From the NCBI GenBank assembly GCA_001655205.1, contig LPNZ01006811.1:1-64000 (forward strand): DNA of 64,000 nt. The letters are read 5' to 3'. Source of the stretch: Lenisia limosa (taxonomy: Eukaryota; Protista; Breviatea). Below are positions 1 to 12,380 of the stretch, piece by piece. Within the stretch, counting starts at the first letter, position 1. Every line of letters starts with the position of its first letter. The notes below the pieces were generated by a model. It worked only from the letters and a program-made list of their open reading frames with translations. It was not told the origin of the DNA and did no database searches. The position numbers and the translations under genes were made by a program.

Positions 1-1310
1 GGGGGGTACACTTCACATTATCTGAGATGCGATTTGACACTTGTGACCGTGTAGGCCTTGGATCTTGGATCGGTCCGAATTTTGACTGAGCCCAATGCTG
101 GTGGTCGCAGTGAGGAGTCCGAGGCCATGTCTTTCGAAGTCCTGAGATGTCTATTCAGCGCCTCTTTGAGCAAAACCGAAATGGAAATTAGTATGACTTG
201 CTGCTGAATTGGTATTCTTACCGCTTAGCCTACTTTCCCTATGGGTCCAAGAAAACTGATTACTCTGTGGATATGTTCGGCCAACGTGTTGGTGTCAGTG
301 TCACCAGGTGTGCTTGAGGCTTTCATTTTAGCTGCTGCAACCTTTTTATCAATCTCTTTTCAGCATAGGTTCTTTTCCCAGTACTTCAGTGACATTTTAG
401 ATCTTGGTTTGGACCTAACGCTGGAGAGTTTACTGAGGAGCAGGCTGAGTATTTACTGAGAAAGAAACTTGAGGGTATTCAGTGGTCCACGCAGAACGTC
501 TTGAATGATACGTAGGCAGTTTGCTTCCTTTGACTTGTTCTCTTATTTGCTCCTTAATGTACTAGGTTCTCTCGTCAGCTTCTTCATGTATGGGCACCTT
601 CCCAAGAAGCATGTGGTATTTTGTACAAGGTTAGTACTGCTAATTGCATCATATTAATTGTTTGTTGAAGTGATTAACATTTCAGGTATTTTGGCAACTA
701 CCTGAGGACTTGAGAATCAACTCGATTTTGATTTTGACTGCTTCTAAGGGCTGTGACTGGATCTATTATGGTTCGTTGGTTGCGCATTGTTGAACATTAT
801 TTTGAAGATGAGTTACACAAAATCACAAATTTATGCCATTGTCATTTTGTTGAATCACGAAATAGTGTGAATTATGTTAAGTGGTTTTTCGTTACGTCTC
901 AGGAGCCCCTCGTGTGGATTACTGCTCCATTTTCGGTCAGATGTTGACAGACTCTGAAGCCTCTAACGTGAGTGTTGATGGCTTGTTATTCCGATTCTCC
1001 ACCCTTCATTTTCGTCTAACTCCACCAGACTGACTCTGATGGGAACTGTTCGGACGGATCTGAGGGATCTGAAGTCTCTGAAGGTTCTGACGTCTCTATT
1101 TCAGATTTGAAGCCTGCCAAGTGCAAGCGTACTCAGGTATGGAGTGTGTACAAGATTTTATTAATCCATTTGATTGACCGTAACGCCGAATTAGAGTGTG
1201 AATTCGGTTTTGTATTCGATTGTATTACTTTTGTTATTGTATCTTCAAATCTCATCTGTAAGATTCAACATAAGAGAAGTGGAAGATGGAAGAGGAGAGC
1301 AAGAAGATGA
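1..1310 (+). CDS. AAC4-like protein (Dictyostelium AAC-rich clone AAC4 family), 5'-partial, multi-exon, with acidic/Ser-rich tail
   Basis: Spliced peptides EPNAGGRSEESEAMSFEVLRCLFSASLSKTEMEI, YFPMGPRKTDYSVDMFGQRVGVSVTR, QAEYLLRKKLEG and RQLLHVWAP match the recalled family pattern PNAGG.S..SE..SFEVL...TEMEI...TDY...GVSVTR...KKL...Q.LH. Confidence 0.7.
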
Positions 1311-1444
1311 TTCATTTATTTTATGTCTTTTGGCTTTCTGTTTTGTAATGTTTTGAAGAACAAAGGGGTGTCAATGCAGCTATTTTTGAAACATTATTAG
1401 TACCATTTTACATAATCTACATTTTAAAAACAATTACAACCTTT

Positions 1445-4400
1445 TCAGTTTTCTTGTTGGGGTGGCAGGCAAAGACGAGATCGAAGGGGGAGGCGGTGTA
1501 CTAAAGGAAAATGAGAAAACAAGGCCTTACGATTGTCTGAATAGCGGTTTCGGGATACTATCGGAGTGTTTTGGTGGGGACAACGGCACAGCATAGTGTT
1601 CCTCTGGAAGAAACGATGGGGGGAGTGTCGGTCGTACATTAGACAATCGCTTACGCTGAATCATTAAATGATTAAGTACAACGAAAAGCAAACTTGTGGT
1701 GGAACCAGTTTGAAGGCTGTGGTGTGTACTGGGGGCTGAGCCTTGGAGATAAAGCAAATCTTCAATAGGAGCCTACATGCGGAGAAGTGGGGAAGGCACT
1801 TCTCAATGGAGAACCAAGTCCAGGACTGGAAGGAAGGAACCTCTGAACGAGTAAGAAAGAACAGTTCATCACCAAAGTAATTAAAGTATTTCAATTACCA
1901 ATCTTGGTGACGTCAGGCCAGGGCTGGACGGTGCAAGTGTCTGGAACTGTTAATGCAGTGTATGGATATGGCCACAAAGTCTTGAACCCACTCTTTTGTA
2001 TGAAGGCGAGAGGAGGCATGGGCTCATTGGTTCTTCAATAACCTAAACAGTCAACCAATCCATAGAGTCATCAAGGCTGTGAAAAGCTTCGAATAATACT
2101 GTCATTCCATCCTGTGACTGAAAAGTTGTTCTGGTCTTTCGCCATAAAAAACCCACCCTCGGTTTTCGTGGAGGTGAGCGAAGGCCCGGACTTGAAGGAG
2201 GCGGCATATCCTGAAGATTAGATGAGCAGTCATACATCGAGCTCTCTAAGGAGAAAGGGGAGAAAACCACCAACCTGAGAGGGGCTCAGAGGCGGGCACG
2301 CTGAGGGCTGCAATGTAAAATGTCACAAAATAATCCAAGGTAAAACTAATGAGGGCTTTCTCCACATACTTTGAAGCGACTGCTTATAAGACTTCCAACA
2401 AGTGTCCTGGTTTTGTTAGTATTATGAAATAGTCGCTATTTCGTGTTATCATACTTTTTTGGGGGGCTTGAGAGAGTTGGGCTCATTGGTTCCGAAGGGT
2501 TCTTGCGCCTCCTATTGGCATCCGATGGTGACATAAGCTGTTTTTGCTTCTAGGAGGGTAAAGACCACATATTGAAATAGGATTTTAAATTGCGGTCTCT
2601 GCACACATGAGGCCTCCTTGATGATGGAGATCGGAGTTTAGCCGTTCTCATTGTTTTTGCGCTTTTCCGTTCTGACGATTTTCTTGTTTGTGCCTTATTC
2701 AACGATGATGTGTAAGTTGTCATAGGAGTGTCCCATCCTATGTGGATAAGGAAAGAAGAGAAAGAGCCGAATAGAGGGCTTTTATTACCACTTACTGCTT
2801 CTGCTTCGGAGCTTAGCAAAGTCTTGCAGTTCCCTTTTGAGCAGCTAAAGTTTTTAGTGTTGGATTGCTGACAATATCACCGACAGTTTCAGTGTATAAA
2901 ACAACTTTGGAAAGGGGTACTATTTTAAAATACACAAGAGTCTTGATAGACATGGTCAGCTTACATCCTCATCATTTGCTTCAGAATACTCCTCCGTAGA
3001 TGATTGGTCTCTCTTCATTGAATGGAAAGCAGAGGACGTCAGCGAAGCCGGCTAAAAAACATAATTATAATCAAGGCTTCTCAAAAAAGAGTTTCTGTGA
3101 AATCCTAGAAAATTTCACGTTTATTATTCCTAATTGTGAAATCCCTGATTATATCCCTTAGGTCCATAAAGATACAAAGAGCCAGGGAATAAAGAAGTGT
3201 CACAGCTGTAAATAACGAGAGATGTTATTATCTCACTTTGTCAGAAATTGGACCCGAGTTTTCGGATGAAGGAGTTGGTTGTTCAAGCCCTAAAGAATGA
3301 AAACTGTAATTGTGCCACTACGAAGTTCCAAAACCCTTACCAGGAGTGGAGTTTATTACACTAACAGAGTCCCAATCGCTCTAAATTGATAAGCAACATG
3401 TAGATCTCTAATATAATCTAAGTACACAAGTCAGTTGATCATTGATAGGCCCCCACCGTTTCTTCAGCTTGCATTTCATCGTCACTTTCAGCCTCTAGCC
3501 CGGTCCTCTGCAATACGTCCTAAAGAAGAATGAGCCAATGTGACAATGGAAGAGCATATTGAGTTTTATGTTATATGAACCCGTGGACCTTAAGGTTATG
3601 ATACTCTTCGCCATAAGCAGCATTAAGACCTCGAACAGCGTCTTCGGCAGTCTCCGGAATTTGACCTAATCGTTGTTAACCATTAGGGAATTCAAAGACT
3701 GAATAGAAGTAAACACCTACGAGTATGAAGCTTCAGTGCCAGTCGGGACATTTGCTGCGTCACAAATCCTTCAAGCTTTTTCTAGACAGGAAGTAAGGAA
3801 GGAAGAAATTAGACTTAAACAACCTTCTTTGAACCAATTTCGTTGACAATTCCAAATAAGGCAAGTGAAATACGGACCAAGATCTCCCTGGCGGCCATGA
3901 CAAGTGATGACGTGGCATCTTCTGACCCCAGTTCACTTGTGGTGGTGGTGACCCTGTGAGGTGAAACATTTGATAGAAGACCTACTCATCAACATTCTGA
4001 AGATACTCCTTTGCCGTTTTCCACAGCCTTCGAGCAGCTTTCGGTTTGGGAATAGACTGCGTGGAAAGTAAGAAATGGTACAAGAAGGGTAGGCCGTTTG
4101 TACGATGCGCCACACACCTCCAGGGAAGCTATTCTATCGATAGTGTCAGTAATGGCCATTTTGACAATAGAAGGTGCTTCAGCAAAGGAGTAACTTGACC
4201 AAGAGGCGAGGCTGAAGATGATTAACAACGCTCAATTATGGATTACGCATAAGGAAACTGCTTTCCTTCTCACCAAATATCGAGGTAAGCAGGTAAATCA
4301 TCAACAGAAGCAAACATTGCTGGCTCATCGATCGCAGTCTTCTAACCAGTCAGTTGCTAGCAGAGGCAAAAAAGAAGCTACCTTTTCCTTTGGTTTTATT

Positions 4401-4543
4401 TCTGGTTTCACAACATGAATCAATTCCGGTTTGGGTAAACCAATAGAATGATCGTGCTTCCTCCAATGAGCCACTTCTCTTTGCCAATCTAAAACGGTCA
4501 AACCCAATGGGAAAGCGCATAACCTGCCAATAAGCGAAGCCAT
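1445..4543 (-). CDS. Hypothetical multi-exon protein, no family recognised
   Basis: Open exons bounded by GT-AG on the minus strand, e.g. MASLIGRLCAF...KPKEK, KTAIDEPAMFASVDDLPAYLDI, IPKPKAARRLWKTAKEYLQNVDE. 3' end approximate. Confidence 0.5.
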
Positions 4544-4649
4544 AATCCTACCAAGGTTCGGGAGTTGGGACGGATAACGTGGAGATTGTGATGAGGGTAA
4601 CTATAGATTAACAAAGCAAAATAAAAACAATTAATAAAGACTTCTCTAA

Positions 4650-7600
4650 ATTGATGGAGACGTTGGACTATTTATCAAAATGAGAAGTCACAAACCTTCA
4701 AGGAATTTATGATGTCTTTGGACATGTGCGAGCCAATAGCATGCATTGCGTCTGGAAGATGAATGGAAACAACAAAAAGACCGAGTGGACCTGGGAGGTA
4801 CTAACCTTGAATATCATCCATTTTCAAAAGAGGAGATATAACGTAGGGGTACGGTCTACAGAAGGTTAGCATCAGATGACACCCTACCCTGAAGGCTGGA
4901 CGTCCACTCCAAAAGACGCAACATCGGTGCACTCAAGAGCCGCGATCAGAGAGATGTTGTCCACCCAAGGCACAACAGCAATAGCTACATCAGGATACAC
5001 TTCGGGGAGTGGCGGCTCGACTGACTCCTCTTTCGGCTTTGGCAGCACTTCTTCAACTTTGGCTACAGATGGTGAGCACATAATACTCTCAAGAAGTGTT
5101 AGGAAAGACCCTCACGTTTGGCATTCCTTGATTTTAGGATGGGTGGTGCAGCGGTGCGATCCTTCAGTCGACTGAAAATGGTCGTGCGTGTTTTGGGAGT
5201 GGTAGTATGGGGGATGGGTTCTTTAAATAGGGTCTCATTTGGTTTAGAAGGTACTACAGCATGAGAAGCCTACAAGTAAACCAACTTTTGGAGGGAGTTG
5301 AGCAGAATGGAGGCAGGCCGCGAGCAACACCTGAAAAGTAAAAAGCAAAGTTAATGCCAAAATCAAAGTTATCAGGCAGAAGATGTCTCACCACCATATA
5401 CAATGTTCATCCAACCATTTTACTTACTCTATCCATATAGTATCTCCTCTACCAACCCAAGAGAATGGTCCCTCGAACAGAAGCTTCAACCAATGGGTGT
5501 ACAATGTTGTCTGATATGTTAATAGAATCAAAGAGCCAAGAAAACAATCCAACCAGTGATATTAAGGGGCTCAATTGTTGGACTGTCTAATGCATCCTCA
5601 TCACTTAACAAAGATGGGGACCTGAGAGGACTACTTGGAGAGCTGTTATTCACAGTTTTTTCTTTGACCTCTTCCTTTTGAGGAAATTTTGCCACAGTCA
5701 CACTCCAATATCCATATTTGGATGGCGGAAGGGGAGCATTTGCAGGTATCATTGCTGTGATAACAATTTCACTTTCTGAAGTTCTTAGTCAATACATCAA
5801 TCTCTTGAATTTGTCAATTTACCCCCATACCCTGGGAAAAGAGATAGTCCACCCGTTTCGAATTGAGAGTTGGTTCGGTCCCACGGGTGCCCGGGGGGAA
5901 AAAGGGTGTCACGTCAATTGGCCACATTTCATCTATTGCAATCAGTAGCGAGTCCCTTTACTTTTGAGCACTACTTACGTTCTAGATCTTTTTAAAAAAA
6001 CAAAAACTCATGGATTAATCCTCAATATTGCATTTTCCCCACATATAGATCTTTTCTGGCCATGCTAAATAATGAGCCCGCCCACCGCTTCCAAAGGACA
6101 TTGCGACGGTTTTTGCGGGTCTCGAGGGGGCAGGAGGACTACCCTTAAAAACTTGCGACAAGGTTGCCAGTGAAGACACTAAAAGTCAATGATGGCAATG
6201 CCAAGTACTGGGGCCTACCAGTATTGAGAGAATCTGCTAAGGTTATTGTGCAAGCCCCCGCCTTTTTAAGGGCGAGCACAGACTCCGAATTATCTGAGGG
6301 GGTCTGTAACCGTCAAAACATGGTACAAAGGAGGTACGACCAACTCACCATTGAGTCCGGGCGACAGTCCACAAACACAGTCTTAATCTGTTGGGCCTTT
6401 TCCGCCTGCTGGATGGGTACAGCGAATCGTAAAGCTTCGTCTGGTTTGTCAGGCCAGAGTCAAGACTCACCTTTCGCGTCTTCTTCGTCTTCGGCAGAAG
6501 GGGGTGACTGGTCACATCCGGTCCATGACAGCGCTGTCATCTCGAGCGGAAGGTCTTGCCTTTATTGTTCAGAGTAAGACAAACTGAACTATTCTTCACT
6601 GTGATGGTGTGGAAGGCTTTGGCCAGATACAACCTTGTTTTATATTTCTTATTGTTATACATGTATATCATAGTCTTCACTGTATATGATATAAGGTTGA
6701 TGAAAATAATGTGTGAAACATGCAGTAAGTTAACCAGTTTTGATGCTGAATCGACCAAAGCTCACCATACAACAATTTCTGCAGATGTAGCAGGGAATAT
6801 CGTGTAAAAGAGGCACAATCGAGAATTTTTTCCAGCCTGTGCGGTGGGGGGGGGGGTAATCAGGCATTTGGAAAAGAAGCTTACAGTAGAAGAGCCCATG
6901 ATTGCCGAGTCCCAGTTGAACCCGGCCTGAATGACGGATGTTGCATCCCGAGTCACAGAGCCTGGAACAGCCAGTGCTAATTGGAAGTCAATTTATCTGA
7001 GTCATGCAAATGTTTTGCTTCATTTTTTTTTAAAAAATACATGATGGAGTAGCACCCATTATGGAATCAGAACTCTCTACCTTGTAGCCAAAAAATAACC
7101 GTTCCCAACCGTTATTATTTTCATCTTCCGCAATTAATATTTTCAGCTCCTCCAAAGCAGATTTAGCTGCATCTAAAGAGAATTAGGCATTTTGGAGTTA
7201 TGGCAAACCTTCGGTGGTTTTCTTGAATCTCTGCCATGATGATGCTGTGAACTCTGATAACTTCTTCCGACCTTCAACCTGTGGAAGCAGAGGTAACACA
7301 AACAATAGCAGAATCTGGAGTAACCAACATCCACGTTCCATAATATCACAAAAGGCTTCCTACTTTTGATTTGAGTAAACTGCAATAAACTCGTGAGGCC
7401 CAAATAACATCACAACCAAGTGCCTGCGGATAGAATAAGAGGAAACGAGATGTTGCGGAGGAAGAACACACTATCAGAAAAGGGTGTAGAACTGAGAGTA
7501 CTTCACCCACCTTTTTTTCTTTTAGTGTCTTTGAAATTGAGTTGAAGAGAGGTTCCAAATTAAGAGGCTTAGTTCCTTGGAGAGTAGGTCCTATCAAGAA

Positions 7601-7701
7601 GGCAGCCAGGTCCACAATCACTGCCACCTACAAAAATAATAAAAAAAATAAGGGGGGAAAAGGGTTGAAGTACCAACCTGAAGAGTGCCAATCTCCGTCA
7701 T
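4650..7701 (-). CDS. Multi-exon protein with a rhodanese-like segment, possibly TBC1D23-like; may be two genes
   Basis: Exons LEKILDCASFTRYSLLHLQKLLY, IKTVFVDCRPDSM and AMSFGSG resemble the TBC1D23 segments ...HHLFG, FFVVDCRP and LCFMGSG in the same order. The TBC domain itself was not clearly seen. Confidence 0.35.
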
Positions 7702-8096
7702 TTTTTAAATTTTCAGGGGGAGCTCAGGGGAAACTGCAATTTAGAAATATCCATAACAACTAAGTGGCGGGAGTTGTGACTTTGATATGAACTGATTCTA
7801 AATAAATTATATTCGAATTATATTTTTTTATTTATTATAGAGGGCTAGAAGACGAGAAGAGGGCAGTAAAGGGAACTGGGAGAACAAGGGGAGAAGGAGA
7901 AACAAGCAAGGCAAGGCAAGCAAGAAAGGGAGGTGGGAATGTCAGCTCGCGTTACCCCATCAATTATCTGTATTTTCCAAAAAAACCCATGAAAACAACC
8001 TTTTCAAGTTCAAGATATCAAGAGAGAGAATAATTTATAAGTACTGAGTTGGCAGAAAGTGCAAATACGGGGCAAGAGATCTGGTTGTGCATTAAA

Positions 8097-10956
8097 ATGA
8101 CCGACTCTCAAGATGACATTATTATCATGTCCTTTACAGCACTCTGTGTGCTTTTACTGATTGGAAAGACAATTAGTGAGTTATTGAGGTATCAGATTTT
8201 TCTAACCCTTCCGCAGGGGCCAACGTTCGCTTCGTGCAGCTTCTTTTCCTTCCTGCCTCTGTTGTTGCAGGGTTTCTTGGATTGTTTTCTCTCCAGGTAA
8301 GCAACCAGAGTTGCTTTTCTAGCGATAGCATCTGACTTCTGCTCTGTCCACGTTCCTCATAATCCTCTCTTTAACCCTCAATCAAATGTACAGCAAATAG
8401 CTTAAAACTATTTTGATTTGGATACGTCTTTAATTTGGTATATTCAAACGTTTCATCATTTAATTTTTATGTTTCGAGACTGTTGTTCCCATGCTATTTA
8501 TCCGCTCTTCTCGAAAATTCCCTCACACCCCGAAGGTCATGAACTACAGATATCCGGACCTCCATGACTACATGATGAAATCCTGGTTTGTCTATTGAGG
8601 CGTGCCTTGGTATAGTTGATAATCCCCTTTCTTTTTCTTCAAAATAGAATCTTGTAATTGAGCCGCCACTATAACGGTTTAGGTTCTGTGGATGGGACGT
8701 CCTTCCTGAGTTCCGTAGGTTGACAAGCGATATCATCTTATTCTTACATTTTAGTGATTAATATCATCTTTGCGTCACTGTTCCTCGGGCATCATGTTCC
8801 GACAATTCCAACTGTTTGGAGAAAAGGTGAGTTCCCATTGTATTTTGACAATGTAGCATCCACACAGCTAGCCTATGGACAGATCCTTGCTTTTGGCCAG
8901 TATGGTGTGGCCATTCTCACTTGTGGAATCCTCACGGTAGGAGATGGGGTACCCATAACGTGGTGTATTTTCACTAACTGTCATTGAACTGTAATGCTCT
9001 CACTCACTATTCAGAAATTCTTCACGATTGACGATATGTTTGGTACAACTGTTGGCGGATGTTTGCGTTCTTTTAATTTTAGTGTCTTTGTTGCCTTTTC
9101 TTACAACTTTAGATCCCAATTGGATTTGAGGGTGGTCATGGAACAGCTGCTGGTGTTGGTTCGACTTATAGAGATTTGGGTAGGTAATAATTTTGTTGTA
9201 ACTACCATCAGCATTGATTTTATCTTCTTATTTTTTTTCACAACCCCCTCCAGGATGGAAGGAAGGAAAGGACTTTGCACTTGCCTCTGCTACTGTCGGT
9301 ATCCTCTGCGCCATTGTCCTTGGCTTTTCTTTCATTAAGCTTGCCGTCAAACTTGGCTACGTTCACACTGCGCAGAAGCATGATTCCGTTTCTCTCAAGG
9401 TATAGTTCCCATTGGCAGAGAAAGGCTTTTGTGTGTTGTTTTACTCCCTAGGGTGTTTACCCAATCCATGACAGACCAAGTGCAGGTGTTCAAGTAAGAG
9501 GATATTTAATCTACTTTTTTGTGAAACGCCTAATTGTGTAGACTGTTGCCTCAAACAGTATTGAAGCCCTTTCGCTCCATGTTGCCGTTGTCGGACTTGC
9601 CATCCTCATTGCTTTCGGCCTCAAGAAGGGAATGGTTGCCATTGAGAACACCAGTGATAGTGAGCTGGTTTTTCTTCTTACTGGTGTTTTGGCCTTTCTA
9701 TTATCGCTGGTCTTCAAATAACTCTTCAAGCTCTCAAGGAACAAGAGGTTCTTTCTTCCTTCCCGATTTTCCCCTTGGCTATGCTTGGTGGTATCTTAAT
9801 CCAAAGTCTGTCTCAAAAGGTACGCAAGGTGAAGTGTTGACGCGTAAAACGAATGGATCGTTTAACACATACTTGTGGACATTGATGGTTAATGACGTTT
9901 TTAGTTTGCAAAGACTCCGTTGATAGACAGTGGCCTGATTGATCGTATTTCCGGGCTTTCTCTCGATTTTCTCCTTGTTGCAGCTATTACAACGATGCGG
10001 TTGGCCATCTTCTTTCAAACTTTTAACAGATTGTCTCACACGTTAATATTCCTCTCTTTCCTTTTGTTTTCTTCACAGACAGTTTACTATGATTAATGCA
10101 ATTTTCTTATTATTGACTTGATAGTTTGGACGCCGTTGCTAAGGGACTTATCCCCTTCTTTTGTATTGTGGTGGCCGTCCTCTCCTGGCATATGCTGTGC
10201 CTTTGGGTGTAGGAGGGTTATGATTTGTCTCAAATGCGAGAGCTGTTCACTAGTATCTTGACCATGCAGCCTGGCCCCCCGTCTTCTTCCCAATCATTGG
10301 TTCTGCCGTGCTATTGGCGAGGTCAGTTGGCTGTTTGTTGGATGACTGGCAACAGAATTCTCATTCTTTAGTTTGGACAGTCTTGTGGAGTCTCTGCCTC
10401 CGCTCTTCTTCTCCTCAAGTAGGCCAGGGGTTCTTAGACTGTGACTGTAAAACGAGTTCACATGTTCAGGATTGTGGACCCCCACCAAGAGACACCAGTT
10501 CTTGAAGCCTTCAGTTATAAGCAGCTTCTCCATGAACCTATTCTCGGTGGTGGACTCTTGTAGGCAGTTATATATTTTTCTTTATTGTCCCGTTTTCATG
10601 GCTCTAACTCCTAACTCACTCATACCACAGCACTACCATGTGTATTACCTTGTCCCATTCCCTGGGCCCTTGGATTACCGCCTCTATCGCGTTTAGTGGT
10701 GCTCTCTTCTGGCTGGTTTGATGGTTTAAATCATAGACTGCCTGCCTGATGAAAAGGTTCTTGTTCACCTTCACAGATTATGTATGTGGTCTACTTCTTC
10801 CCGAGATGGGACCGATTTGTCAATGAAGGGCTTGGACCAAGAAATCAGGGAGGTATGTCTTTGTTTTTCAAAGTCGAAACTTTTAAAGAACCTCTTACCT
10901 ATTGTTTAGGCATTAATGGAGAGGCCTGTCCCGCTGCATATTCCCCAGTACCTTAG
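8097..10956 (+). CDS. gltS: Sodium/glutamate symporter, GltS (ESS) family, with many spliceosomal introns
   Basis: Spliced motifs LLLIGKTI-ANVRFVQLLFLPASVVAGFLG, INIIFASLFLG, QLAYGQILAFGQY, IPIGFEGGHGTAAG, FALASATVG, FPIFPLAMLGG, IDRISGLSLDFLLVAAI, RIVDP...EAFSYKQLLHEP. These follow the bacterial GltS motif order. Ends at TAG 10954-10956. Confidence 0.9.
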
Positions 10957-11140
10957 GTATGGCATACCTTGTAACCAGACTTGAATGACTCTCCAGGTTT
11001 TGGCACGTACTCTATTGGATAGACCGCGGCTAAATATATCTTTCTTAAATGTATTCTTCTGACATAGACCATGGCATATTCAGAAATCCAAATAACAGAA
11101 ACGTTGAATTGTTTGGATTCGTTGGAGTATTCGTTGTCTT

Positions 11141-11873
11141 CTTAGGCAAGGTTCACATAAACAACTTCCCTATCTGCGATACTTGGCTTCTGAGCATATT
11201 GACCCTATTCATTAGACTAAAGGGGGCTGGCTTGCCGTCGCTTACTTGGTATTCTCTATAAGGCTCCATATCAAAGTATGCCAATTCTGTCTCATGCTCT
11301 AAGGGTAATTAAGAAAGATCCCCAAAACAGCACTAGTATGTAGTGTGTCACAGCTGGAGTGTTCCCACAAACCAACACCTCCTTCTTCAAGAGTCTACAG
11401 AAGTTACACTTCAACCCAAAATCACAACCAACCTTGTTGTCATCAAGAAGAAGCCACTCATCATCTCGGTCCAGGGTCATTATCAAGTTGCAAGACTTGT
11501 AGCTGTGAGCCTTGAAGTTAATCTTTAGACTATCTGCAATGGTGAGAGTGTTTATACAAAAATGATCACCCCCCCCCCTCCAAACTGAGCTCTGTTTTTC
11601 TATAGGGCAAGAAAGCACGCTCTTTTTGGATTTCTGGATTGGTAAGACCATGTACAATGACAACCACCCCTTCGTACTGTCAGCCAGCATGCTCTTCAAC
11701 TGCCCAACAGTCACTGTGGACAAGTCAACTGCGTTGAAGTACGCATACTACGTGTGAGTCTTACCCATTCAAGCTATCAATCGAACATCAGAGAAAAACA
11801 CCATCACTGTACTACATACCTTAAATGTTCCATGTTCAAAATTTCTGATGATACGCACTGAAAGAGTTGCCAT
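11141..11873 (-). CDS. UPF0538 / C2orf76-like ubiquitin-fold protein
   Basis: MATLSVRIIRNFEHGTFK, AHSYKSCNLIMTLDRDDEWLL and HETELAYFDMEPYREY parallel C2orf76 (TVRLIRSFEHRNFK, AHKSKTNELVLSLEDDE.LLL, ETEIAFF..EDY). 3' end approximate. Confidence 0.8.
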
Positions 11874-12380
11874 GATGCAGGAGTACGGAACGAGGGATAA
11901 AGAGAGTCCAAGAAATATTGGCTAAAATACGTTTACCAACTATATACACAGCTGGTTAGCAAATGGATGTGGATAAAGAAGGCAACAACAAGTGTAAATG
12001 ATAGCGTACCGTAAACTGTTTAACCTTAAGTGGATTTTGAAGCTAAAAAACTCTCTAAATATAAACACAAAACTGTTTTTCCTCTCGGGGAAATGGATGA
12101 AAACGGAGCGGAGGACCATGGAGGAACAGGGGAGATTACCGCCGCCGGTTCATCAATTGCCACCGGAAAACCGAAAAAAAAGTCTCCCCCTCTCTCCCCC
12201 TCTTGCCCCTCTCTTTCCCGCAATACACTGCTTATATATAGCGCAGAGAGGTGTAGCAGAGTAGTAGTAGTTAGATAAATAAATATATGAAAAACGTGAA
12301 TAGATCGTTGTTGTGTCACACTTACCTTACGCATCTACCCACCGTTATTTCCAACACTGTGAATCTGAAGTAAGTAAAAC

